64,000 bases of DNA from Vitrella brassicaformis CCMP3155. Taxonomy: Eukaryota > Protista > Chromerida. Made by a program: the position numbers and the translations under genes. The stretch is taken from positions 186,001 to 250,000 of the forward strand of contig CDMY01000227.1 in assembly GCA_001179505.1 (NCBI GenBank), read 5' to 3'. Positions 49,329 through 60,702 of this stretch are shown here, piece by piece (position 1 is the first letter of the stretch; each line of letters starts with the position of its first letter). The notes under the pieces were generated by a model that had not been told where the DNA came from, made no database searches, and was given only the letters and a program-made list of their open reading frames with translations.

Positions 49329-51520
49329 ATGGGCGAGCCAGCAGTCTTGAGTCACTTCGCACCCTCCGACGCAACTCGCCAAGCACGAAGGGTCACGCGA
49401 GCTCAGAATTCCGTGAAACCGCGCTCTCGGGCGAGCCCGAAGAAGAGACAGAAGGAGGAAAACAACGAAACGAAAACGAACGGGGAAGGCCACAGTGTCA
49501 GATATGCCGACAGCATACCCGCTCAGGGAGCCTTGACCATCATTTCGTGTCCCACATGCCGAGAAGCGCCATAGGAGAAGCGCCATAGGAGAAGCGCCGA
49601 TGAAGAAGTTCTTCAACGACCAGCAGTGGGCTGTACTTGATGAGATGAGGCAGACCCTGTCAACGCGTCAGCGAGAGGCGGGATGGGACCCATCGCCGCC
49701 GAGCGGCCTGGCACCTTTCGTTGCTCTGAACGTCGGCGGCCGTCGGTTCCGAGCACGTCGCCAGACGCTGAGGGCTGTCCCATCGTCACGGCTTGATGAG
49801 CTGTTCTCGGGCCGGTGGGAGAGGCGAGTGCTCAAGGTGGCGGCTGCCGCCGCTGCTGGTGGTGATGGTGCCTGCAGCACGTCATGCAGCGTGCCGGATG
49901 ATGAGTATTTCCTTGACGTCGACAGCGGTGTGTTCCGGAAGGTGCTGTCACGGCTGCAGGCTATCGAAGGCCGACACGAGGAGGCCAGCCACGTTCCTCG
50001 GCAGCTTGACCAAGACGACCCTGCATGCGTCTTCTATTTCGACTATCTGCTGCGGCCTCTCCCTGCAGCCGATGAGTCTTCACAGGAGGAGGATGCATCT
50101 GCGTCGAGCGACCAGCCACGCACCGCGCTTGCTGACGAGGTGGCGTCTATCAGGCTCCAGGAGCTGGATTGGGAGAGGCGGCTGAGGTGGGTGATGCCTT
50201 TCTTCAGGACCAAGAAGGAGCGGGTGGTGTTGACACCATTCCCCATCTCTGATGGTGACGAGAATCGCGTAGTGAGCGTCAAGGTGTGTGGTGAGGAGGT
50301 CGCCAGCACCACAGACACACTCACGGGGCGGGCCATCCCTGCTCAAACGCCCATATTGCGTCGCTTTGATAGGTGAGAACAGAACTCACACCCACCCAAA
50401 GCTCACGCATTCATGGCCATCTCACTTTTGCGTGCGTCTGCCCCTCTCTCTCAGTTTCTCGCAAGAGCTGCTCGACGTGCCCCTGGAGCACTTCTCGCTG
50501 TGCGTCGACTTCTATCGCCGGTGCCGCTTCACACGGGAGAGCGGCCTCTCTGATCTGGTGTGGCTGCCGCGGGTCGACATCGCAGAGCGGGAAGGACTGC
50601 GGATGGCACTGGGCATGTACGGTATCGACCCGCACGTGCCCACCTGCCCACAGGTACCCATTGTGGGCACCTCGAGGATCTTCGACGATGCGGCGTATGT
50701 GACCAACTTGGTGAGTGAAGAGGTGATGTGTCTGCTGTGTCTGTCGGCGAGGCGATCGCTGGGTGCGTCCTGGTTACCTGTGTGTGGTTCAGGTGTCGCA
50801 GATCGGTAGGGTTGCAGGGGGAGGCGGTCAGAAGGTCAAGGCAATGGAGCTTGTTTATAGGTAGGTAGTAAGAGAGGAAAGGCATTCACCGAATGACGAG
50901 CCAGCAGCCATCGATGCATCCATCCTGTTATCCCTTGCCCTGTCGTTAAAATGTGCAGCGCGTCCACGGATGGCTGGGACAAATCGACGTGTCTTCAGCA
51001 CATGAGTGCCGACGACAACCCCTCATCCGTCCTCTTCATTCTCAAGACGGCCGACGGCCGCAGAGGAGGCGCCTTCTGTGAGCAACTCGACATCGAGGCC
51101 TCGACCGTTGAGCGCGTCATGTGCTTCGGCGACACCATCGCAGAGCGCTTCCCGAGCGGCCACGCCCCGCCCTGCTACTACTCCAACGTCAACATGCGCA
51201 CCTCCGCCCTCATGCCATCCAAGCCCGTCATCACGCTAGCGGCATCGGACCAGTCGTTCGACGCAACGCATGGCGGCTCAGTGTGGGGAGGCTCGACGAA
51301 CGGCACCATTTGGGCGGGCATGACTAATGGGTGGGGCTTCGAGTTGAAGATTGGGGTACGTGGGGATCTGCGGATGTATGAGGCCACGGTGAGGCGAATG
51401 CATAGATTTGGGGGGCCGGTCTGTTGGTCGTTCATCGCCGCTCACGGGCAGATGGGGGAGTTGTTGAGGGGTCAGGGGAGGGTGGATGAGCTGGAGATCT
51501 GGCGAGTGGGGCATGTCTGA
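49329..51520 (+). CDS. KCTD-type BTB/POZ (two copies) plus TLDc domain protein. The main ORF starts at ATG 49600; the upstream 81-codon part is cut off by a tandem duplication.
   Basis: VALNVGGRRFRARRQTL...SRLDELFSGRW...YFLDVDSGVFRKVL (T1-type BTB). A second BTB-like unit, VVSVKVCGEEV...FLDVPLEHF-like. TLD-like MELVYSASTDGW...FILKTADGRRGGAF...GFELKIG...ELEIWRV. Confidence 0.75.
49561..49598 (+). repeat. 14-bp tandem repeat: gagaagcgccatag x2 plus a partial third copy
   Basis: Read directly at 49561-49574, 49575-49588 and 49589-49598. Confidence 0.9.
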
Positions 51521-51771
51521 CGCGATGGATACATACATGGATCTGGGCAGAGAGAGAGGCAGGGCAGGCCACCATGTATACATAGATGAACATATGGGTG
51601 GTGCGGCCCACGCCGTGTGGCAAGGGCCCCATTGCAGGAGCGCGTTTGTTGAAATTATCGTTTTACAGTGTATCCCTCCCACTTTTCAACAAACACACCC
51701 CAACACCTTTGTGTGTGCGTCAGTGGAGGGGCCATCTTGACATTGTATGCAGACGAGCTCCGAGTGAAGTG

Positions 51772-52971
51772 ATGGATTCGCAGGAGTCGCCTTCATCGCC
51801 GGCAGATGCATCAGAAGTCGGTCATCAGCGGGGCGGCCCTGGTCTCCATCATCGATGGCTCGCCACAATCGATGCCCACATCGCACAGCAACTCACCAAA
51901 CGGTGCGCGCAGAACACACACACAGGCTGACTGACTGACTGACCTCTCTGCCTGTCAGTACTGTATGTTTGCGTCTGTCTGCATTCAGTTGGGTGGCGCA
52001 TATCCCTCTGGTGACCGGGCTAACGGCCTTCACGACCATATTTCTTTGTCAGCTCTCGGCACATTTCTTCTGCCATACATGTATCCCTCGGGGCTCGTCA
52101 CCGCCTGTGCCGCTGTGGGCGCCAACCATCAGCCTCACGGGCAATCACCCACCAGAGCGGTTCATCTATGCAGTGGGCTTCTCTGCAACCGCTTTGGTGA
52201 TGGTTCCCTGCACCCTCATGGCCTGCCATCTGCAAGTCAGGCTGCGCGCAAAGTGGACACGGATCGTACTGAGTGGGGGATTTCTGCTGGTGGCGACGGC
52301 CGGCCTGTTCATCCAGGGGGTCATCCCGCTGCAGCCTGATATTTTGATGCTCATGTACGGCGACAGGATGGACAAAGTGACTGCCTTGTCGCTTGTGCAT
52401 CTGGCATCGGCAGGTAGACACACTCAGGGAGACCGATGCATCCCAGTTGATCAAATGGGCCTCACGTGTCTGTCTGGAGTGTGTCAGGTGTGTTCTTCGT
52501 GTGTGCCTTCATCCACGGGGCTCTAGTTACCCTGCTGTTGATGCAGCACAAGAGCCCCCTCATCCGGATGCCATCGCGACTGCTCAAGCTCGGCTGCGTG
52601 CTGGTGTTCCTCGTCAGCATAGTCATCAGCCCCGCCCTCCCTCACGCCTCAGCCATGTATGTGCACCGCCAGCCACAGACACACTCGTGAGATAGCAGAC
52701 TCACTCAGTCTTACCTCATCCTCCTGTGTGTGTGTGTGTGTCTTTCAGTGAGCGTCTGAATGCCAGTGGTGCGAGTCAGAGGCTTTGTGTGCTGTGCATC
52801 ATCGTCTTCCTATCGAGCTACACGCTGGACATGGTGCAGCTGAGGGCGGCCTATCTAGCGGGGGAGGAGGAAAGCCCTCTGACCATGCCGATGCCGGTGC
52901 GGCTGGGTGCGCCGAGCCACAGCAAGTCCCCCCCGCCCAGCCCACAGACACACGCGAACCCCAGTGAATGA
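51772..52971 (+). CDS. Frag1/DRAM/Sfk1 (TMEM150-like) family membrane protein
   Basis: PTISLTGNHPPERFIYAVGF signature, the HLASAGVFF helix, and about 6 TM segments. Confidence 0.8.
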
Positions 52972-53247
52972 GTGAAGACCCAGACCCATGTGTGACTAGT
53001 GTGTGCGAGACGTGCGACGTGTGCTCGTTCTTTGTCTGTGTCGATAGCTAGCTGGCTCTTGACGTACGTGTGAGATGGCTATATATGCATTTTGATCAAT
53101 GCGATGCGTCAGTCGAGTCGACCAATCATCAGTCAGACACACTTTTTCTCCTCACATCATACCATCCCACATCGTATGTCCGTCCACATGGCAAGCGAGG
53201 TAGGATGATGACCGACTGACCACACATCTGCTTGTACTGTACACCAG

Positions 53248-53885
53248 TCAGCTTCGTTGAATGCCCACCAGCTGGCCGCTGGGCAGGTAGTGATGTATCT
53301 CACGGAGACAGCACAGCGCGCAGCAGCAGCAAGCCGGGCACAACACACATAGCACCCATGCTAGCGGGCTCGGGGTCGACTTCATCTTGGTGACGACTGG
53401 CCTTCCCGTAGCCGGGTCAACCACCCAGATAGCCTCTCTCCCCGGATTGTGTATCATTTCGCCCGGCGCAATCACACGCGCGTGGACGGTGACGGGATGC
53501 ATCTGCGGACCTGTACAAACACACAAAAATACATGAATAGACCAGGCAGGCAGGCAGGCAGGCAGCCAGGTGTGACAATCTGCCTATGTATTTCCTCACC
53601 GACGATGGTGATTGGCATGTACTGTAGCTGTGGCTGCCCGAACACCTGGGCCTGGGGCAGCTGGGGCTGCATGACATGCTGCTGGGGCGGGGCTTGCGGC
53701 GGCTGAGAGTGCGTGACATGGATGACTTGTTGCTGCGGAGCTTGAGCTGGTGCTGGTGCGCCCACGGTCTGCGGTGCTCCCGTCTGGTGTGAGAAGACGA
53801 CAACAGGCTGCGCCGTGACCATTGGTTGGCCGGAAGCCGGCCTGTCGTAGTCATCATACGAGGGAGGAGCACCACTAGCAGCCAT
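53248..53885 (-). CDS. LITAF-like protein (PPSY motif, Gln/Pro-rich region, Cys-rich hydrophobic segment) lacking both CxxC knuckles
   Basis: MAASGAPPSYDDY...; after one phase-1 intron, VVDPATGRPVVTKMKSTPSPLAWVLCVLCPACCCCALCCLREIHHYLPSGQLVGIQRS*. Confidence 0.65.
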
Positions 53886-54083
53886 TCCATCCGGGGGGCT
53901 AGAGGATGAACGTCAGGGCAGAAGGAATGGCCTTGCGGCCTCAGACCCCACACAGGTCGGGCTCCAGCTGGTCGTCTGGTGACGCTGTGTTGTCCCCCCC
54001 ACCACCCCCGTGTCAAGCTCGCCGTCTCAAGAACACGATAGGTGTCTCGTCAAACCCTTAACCGACCGACCGACGATAGGGCG

Positions 54084-55962
54084 ATGCGTCCGTTTCTGCT
54101 GCCGTTTGCAGCGTTTCTGCTGCATGTGCTGGCCTCTTCTATGGCGGCGGGGACTCTCTGCATGATGAAGAAAGAGACGGCACTGACGCGGCTGTCGGCT
54201 GACTTCCAGATCCGCCGCAGAGTGGGGAAGGGCGGCTTTGGGTATGTGTACAAGGTCGTGAGGCGCTCAGACAATGTGACCATGGCACTTAAGCTGTTCA
54301 GAAACCGGTACCATTCAGATTGCGTCATGATTGTCGGCCAGGTGAGGGAGACATGCACACAAAGGCCGTTAATGATGGTCTCAGTGTCTGCGTGTCTGTG
54401 TGTGCACCTGCCGAAAAGGCTGATAGAGAACGAGTGTCCCCTGAACCGTCTCATCGTCTCCAAGACAGATGAATCGACCCGCCCCATGTTCGTCGACTGC
54501 TACCAGGACGTCCTGCCCGACCCCATGAGCCCCGCCTACATCCTGCTGGAGTACGTCGACCACAAACAGTACGGCACCGCAGACATCGACATCGTCAACG
54601 ACATGCAGAGATGGCAGCTGCGGGTGCTCATGCTCCGCCCCCTAGTCGCGCTGGCGGCCATGCTGCGGCCCCCCAACAGCCGCGTGCACAATGATTTGCA
54701 CTTCGGCAACGCCATGCTGCGCAAGAGGGACCTCTCTCTGAAGCTTCTCGACTTCACAATCAGCACCAAATGCCCGGAAGAGTGTTCGGGTGACGACGTC
54801 GACCGAATGGGCCTCATGCTCGCCGCTCTCGAGATGGCCGGGTCGCGGAACGGCAGCGCAGCCCAACAGCCAAGGGGACAGGACTGGATCATCCCGAACC
54901 ACTACCCCGAGCTGCAGTGGTGGCGGCATGTCCTCCATGTGCTGCACCTCTACAGCCCCCAGACGGACTTCAACACCTTCAAAGCCGCATTTGACAAGAT
55001 GGCCGCCGGCACGATGGACTGGGACAGAGCACTGAGGGAGCTGAAGAAAGGGAGACGCACCAATGGCCAGAGCGTGGATGGCATTGACCCGCTGATTGAG
55101 GGATTGGAGAGCGGCTGCATGGTGGACCTCGAGAGGTGGACTTTCGACCAGGAATGGCGGCCGACCAACCGGAACTTCAGGCGGGCATTCGGGCTGGACG
55201 GGGTAGGGGGAGGGCCGAGCTTGAGACGGCTTTCACCGGAGTTCCTGCACTTCTTCATGGAGCTGCGGCGGCTGGGTGTGGAGCTGGAGGGGATGCCGGC
55301 GCGCGTTGGTGAGATCCTGGCGAAGAGACAGATGGGGGACGACACAAACACCACCACAACTGACAATGATGGTTTGTGAGAGGGAGACACAGCACTCTCC
55401 ACTCACCTCACCCGTATCGATGTGTCTCCCTGTGTCTTGTTTCGAAGAGCCTGAGACATCTGCCGATGGTGGCGCTGAGGTAGGCCCCGCTGTAGAGATG
55501 GAGCTCATGAACGAGCCCGCCCCCCGGCTGCACTTCCTCGTCCACTGCCACCCATACGTCGCGACCATCTGGCAAGACGCAGCGACACACTTCACCTCCA
55601 GATGTGCAGACCAGTGCTCCCACCTTCCCGCAACTGACACATGTGCCACGCCATTCGACGGCGGGATCACATGCGCGCCAACAAACGACACACTCACCAA
55701 AGAGGCCTGCATGGCCTCATGCCCCAAACTCTCGCTGCCGTCCTCATCTCTCCAGTGTGAGAAGGCGGTTTCTTCGATGGATTTGACCAAGAGGGTGCCG
55801 TACTGGCTGGTAGCCAAATCGATGGGGGAGGGGTGGAGTGTGGATGCTGTGTCATCTTGGGTGAAAGGGTGGTTGGGGTGGGGAGATGGTGCGTCATTCG
55901 GGTTCAGGAAGGATGAATTTGAGGGTTTGGGCGATTTGTGGATGCTACATAGCATGGGATAG
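54084..55962 (+). CDS. Signal-peptide-bearing atypical protein kinase with a Cys-rich C-terminal extension
   Basis: MRPFLLPFAAFLLHVLASSMA signal peptide. VGKGGFGYVYK, MALK, ILLEYV, VHNDLHFGN, KLLDFT. A phase-1 intron at about 55372-55447 joins a Cys-rich exon ending at 55962. Confidence 0.72.
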
Positions 55963-56218
55963 GATGATTCGTGTATCTAGACCGAAAGACGACAAAAGGA
56001 CATCAATCATTTTATTGATGAAGTTTGGTCGATCATAATAGGCATGACATGAATAATAAATAAGGTCTCCCACCATCCCCCAAGCACTCACATAGTAGAA
56101 ACGGCACAAAATCCCCAGGACGGTCGACAAGTAAGTCTCTCGACCCGTCCGTCCGTCTGTCTGTCTGATGACCACGCCACAGCTGTCATCCATGTACCTC
56201 CCATATAAAAAGCTGTCC

Positions 56219-57557
56219 TCAGGCGCCGTAGGCATTCTTGAGATGGTCAGACCACTGCTGCATGGTCCAGCCCGATGATATCGCGTTGTCCACGAGGCCG
56301 TTGACAATCACTGTCGGTGTCACGTGGATGCCTGCACAGTCACACAACACATGAAACAAACACGTACGTCACGAGGGCAATCGGGTGTCTGCGTGAAGTA
56401 GCGGGTCTAATCTGGCTTCACCGACCATTCTGTCTGCCGTACTTGGTGTGAAGCTTCTGCTCCTTGACCACCATATCATTCTCGGGAGTCCCAGACGTCA
56501 TATAGGTCTGCACACATCCACACGTGGACATAAAGCATGTAAGCCCTCGGACACACACACAGACAAGCAGCTCATCTCTGTCTCGGGCCCACCTTGAATT
56601 GCTCTGCGTTGAAGCCAACGTCGGCAGCGATTTTGACTATCTTGTCGGCCACCTGTGCCTTGGACTCGCCCTCGACAGCCTGGTCCACGAAGAGGTCACG
56701 CTGGGCGAACAGCTGCTGCACAAGGGCCACGTAGTTGGGCTTCCCTGGAGCCGAGTCAAGCTGCCGGCCAAAGAGAGAAGAGATAAAGTGGGGTGAGGGT
56801 GGGGGTATCTATCCATCAGTCTCTCTGTTCACTCACCATGTACGCGACGATGGCTGCCTGTCCGAGCGTGGATGCCTGCCAGTGCCACGGCTGCACATAG
56901 TGGTGGTACACAAACTGCACAGACGGGAACCCTGCACAACACACCCACCATGAGATGGATGACACACCATATGAGATGATTCAAGGAACGGAGAGATGTG
57001 GGAGCTTGTTTCCTCTCACTCACTTGGCGCGACCTCCTTGATGAGCGTGTTGCTGATTTTGGCACAGAAGGGGCAAATCATGTCCATGAACACCTAAGAG
57101 CAACACATACACACGACCAACAAGCAAGGTTGCATCGCCATGCATGCGTTGCCTTGGCCGCACCTCCACTTTGGCCACTTGGTTGGCGTCAGCGTTGTTG
57201 ACGGGGAACCCCGCAGCCATCCGCATGGTATGAGGGCGCCGCGAACGGGAAGAGGAGAGCTCACTCGAGTGCCGCCTCAGTCGGGCAGAAGGAGCGTTGA
57301 TAGCGCCGCCTGCAAACATGAATCAAGACACGCGCAGAGGATGGCGCTTTGTCGTGGAGACTGACCAGAAGGGATGAATCCTTCTGCCGCCTCGAGAGCG
57401 ACCTACATGTCATCACACACACAGACAGGAGAAGACTGCAGCAGACATATCAGCATCTGGTGCGATAGATGGATGAGCTGACCTGAAGATTTCGCGTTGC
57501 AGTGATGGTGCTCAGCGCTTGAGCCAACAGTAGCGAGAAAGCGAATGCCAACTGCAT
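56219..57557 (-). CDS. DsbA/thioredoxin-fold oxidoreductase with a bipartite presequence
   Basis: VFMDMICPFCAK (CPFC at 57064-57075), VQPWH, GIHVTPTVIVNG, SSGWTMQQW. Spliced N-terminus MQLAFAFSLLLAQALS...AAEG-FIPSG followed by an Arg/Ser-rich segment. Confidence 0.8.
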
Positions 57558-58313
57558 CTTACCTCTTCTTTGAGCTCGCATTTTCTCGACGTTCTCGACC
57601 CGGCGTCTCTTTTTCTTTTTTTTCCACTCATTCTTTGCATTTCGGCCGTTCGCAGCTCTCCAGCCTTTTGTGAGCCACATCGCCTCTGTTTCTTTTTCCG
57701 TTCGAGCTGGTTATAGGTTTCTGTGGTCCGCCCCCCTCCCATGCCTCCCTCTCCGGAGCCGCCCGCCACTTCTTTGCTCAACCTCCGTGGCACGGCAGGT
57801 GGCGACCCGCCTTCTGCGTAGCGGCTGGCGAGTGCCTGTCGTCCGCCTGGCAGCTGGGCAGTGCGCCATACCTTCGTCTCCGTCAGGTGAGCACTTCTTC
57901 CTGAGTGTCATTGTTCAAATTTGCCGCCCCTTCTTTTCCCCCTGCAGCATAAAGTGTCCGCAAAAAGTGCGGTGATGGCCGTGGGCGTGCCCTTCTCTCC
58001 TCTTCAGGCGATTCAGAGAGGCAATTGCATCAACCGCTGCGGCTGCGGCTGGGGTGGGGCTGGAGGACGGGCTGGGGGTGGAGCAAAGAGTCGGCGCTGG
58101 TGTCGATGTGGCTTCTCGCGACGATGCAGCGGATCTGCACTGGTCCTGTGTATCGCACATGTAGTGCTTTTGGCAGCTGATCACAGGTGTCGCCGTCTTC
58201 ATTGAGAATCTGGTGGGGGTGGTGAAGTGATTGGTCTCGGGGGCTTCGTAATCTACTCTCTGCAAGCGTCAGGGGCCCCGCTTTCTAGCAAGCCGAGAGA
58301 TCGACGTCTGCAG

Positions 58314-59251
58314 ATGGCGCCCCAATGCAGGAAGAAGACACATGAGGCTGGACTGAAGCACGGCAGCCCCAACAGGCAGGGCGTCCACAACGGGAATGGA
58401 AGGACGCGGAACGGCCATAATGGCCACCACGGCAGCAAAGAGACACAGCTCAACCTGCAGCAGAACTCGACCGGCATTGAGCGCGAGGCCACGGGTAAGG
58501 GATTCCTTTTCCGCACGGCGGCTGGTGTTGGGCGCTCCCCGGAGACAGTCGGCCGGCTTTGATGGCTGCCTACATTTTATATTTGCCGGCCTCCACATCA
58601 TCATGTCTCGGCTGTTGGATGAAGGCCATGTGGTGAGAATGAGAACGAGCGAAAAGGGAGAGGGACACTATCGGCACTGCAATTGCATCTCTTGCGTATG
58701 TTGGTTGGTTGGTTGTCAGGTTGAGGTCTGGTGCCCTTGTGGGTGTTGATTGTGCTAGGGTACTTGCTGCTGCGCATCTCAGTGTATGCGTCGGCTGCCG
58801 GCCAGGTGGAGTTATTCTGTTGTCACTTGAAAGAGATGCGGAGACACACCTGTATGCCCACTTTGGCTTGCGCAGGTCTTCTCAACCGCTACCTACAGTT
58901 TATATTTGTCGACCTATATCTTGCGCTTAAGAGAAACGAGTATTGGATGGGGATGAGGACGAGACCGCTGCCAATGATGGTGGCGATGAAGACGAGACCG
59001 CTGAAGAGACAGCTGACGATGGGGACGACGAACAAAGTCCCTCCGGGCAGCCGAGCAGAGTTGAAGGCGGCGACATGTTTCCCCGAACGGAGACAGGGGA
59101 GGGAGACGAGGATGCGATTACCCTTACCATCCACACACTCCTGTCTGGGGCGCGCATGCCAGTGGATGCGCGTACGTGTGTGGTGGTAGAGTGGCAGATC
59201 GTTGCCTACGTTTTATATTTCCTGTCTGCTGTCGACCTGCACGCACCGTGA
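58314..59251 (+). CDS. Possible small or degenerate gene (no consistent spliced model)
   Basis: ATG at about 58314 with a GTAAGG donor, a TM-like VPLWVLIVLGYLLLRISVYA, and an acidic DEDETA x2 stretch. I could not join the frames confidently. Confidence 0.2.
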
Positions 59252-60339
59252 CGACATTCCGTGTGTGTGTCTTCGTGGCTGACGGAAGAAAACACGGTGG
59301 TATGATGGCATCAGATTCTACTGTTGTCGACGCGACGGAAGGGAAGCTCGATTCAAAAGTCGTCAGTCTCTGTCTCTCTATCTTCGTGTGTGCATAAACG
59401 TGTTCAGTAGGTGTGCAAGGATCTTGAAACTCATGCAGGCCCCCCACCCCCTCCCAACGCACGCACACAACCCAGCCGAAAGGATGGGGGGGTCAAGGGG
59501 GAAGGGGTGGCACCCTGTGCTTGGATCAAAGAAGGCAAATTCCATCTTATTCGCACCACCACCACCCACTCACTCCAGACCAACCCACCCGAACCCAGCC
59601 CCTGTGTGGTGTGTATGAACAGCGAGTGCCCGTCATCTCTGCGAGCACACCAGAGAGAGAAAGAGGCGTATGAAGGCCACAGAGGGATTGCACAGCACAG
59701 CACGGACCGATCGCAGAGAGCCCCGATTGCAAACGCTCACGCAGCCCTCAGACACACACACACACACACACACAGGTGGGCTGCTATATCATACTGTCCC
59801 TCGTCCACTCACACATTCTCAGGTGATTGTCACACACAGACGGACGGCCAGACAGGCAGACAGGCAGGCCCCTGCTCCCACCCAGTGACCTCTCCCAGAC
59901 ACGCAGCCAACATGTATGTATGCAGTTAGCATGGAGGCGCTTGACGCAAATGAATGGAGACACACATACCCACTCACACATTCACACCCACAGTCACACC
60001 CCCAGTGGACGGACTCGACCGGTTCATTTGTCAGTCCGCCCATCAAGCGGGTGTGTGTGGCCAGGGTGTGTGTGTGTGTGTCTGGTCTGTGGTTGGCTGA
60101 CTCGAGTTGAAAGGAAGAGAGGAACGAAGGCCCACTACCCCCCATCGCATGCACCCCTTCCACGCATCCATCATGCCCATGATAATATATGTGTGCCTGC
60201 TGTGTGATTCAGACACTATGAACGTTCGGACGTATGGACAGTGAACGAATGAAGCGTATGAACGACACGACACACACGACGCACGTACCCATGCACCGCA
60301 ACAGTCCAGCCATCCCATCTTTCGGTCATCACCACTCAG

Positions 60340-60671
60340 TCATCCGTCAAAACGCCACACCGTGAGCATGGCGCTGGTCCGCTGGAACACCCGGCTGCAC
60401 TCGCGGATCACAAAGGGCACCTCCCTCTCGGCCGGGACCACCTGACACACATGACACCACACGACATGCACAAGAGGCTCAAGTCAAGTCAGGTGCGGTG
60501 GTTGAGAGTTTCCCATCGATCGCTCACCTCAGTGAATCGGTTTGACGCCTTCCCGCCAGGCAGCCGTCCCTTGCGTGAGGAGGAGAGGATGTCACGGAGA
60601 CCCTCCAAACTCGTGTAGTCCTGCAAGGGCAGCAGGTGAGCCTCCCTCCCCCTCTCTCCCTTTCTCTCTCG

Positions 60672-60702
<31 letters not shown>

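Noticed and set aside
49280-49588. C2H2-like CQIC...HH...H in an alternative frame upstream of the BTB gene
   Set aside because: It lacks an ATG, and the spacing and hydrophobic core do not fit. The other frame links directly to the BTB ORF once the duplication is removed.
57690-58265. Small ORFs and intron-like signals between the DsbA-like gene and 58.3 kb
   Set aside because: The spliced plus-strand model stops after about 35 codons and the minus ORF is low-complexity. Not supportable as a gene.
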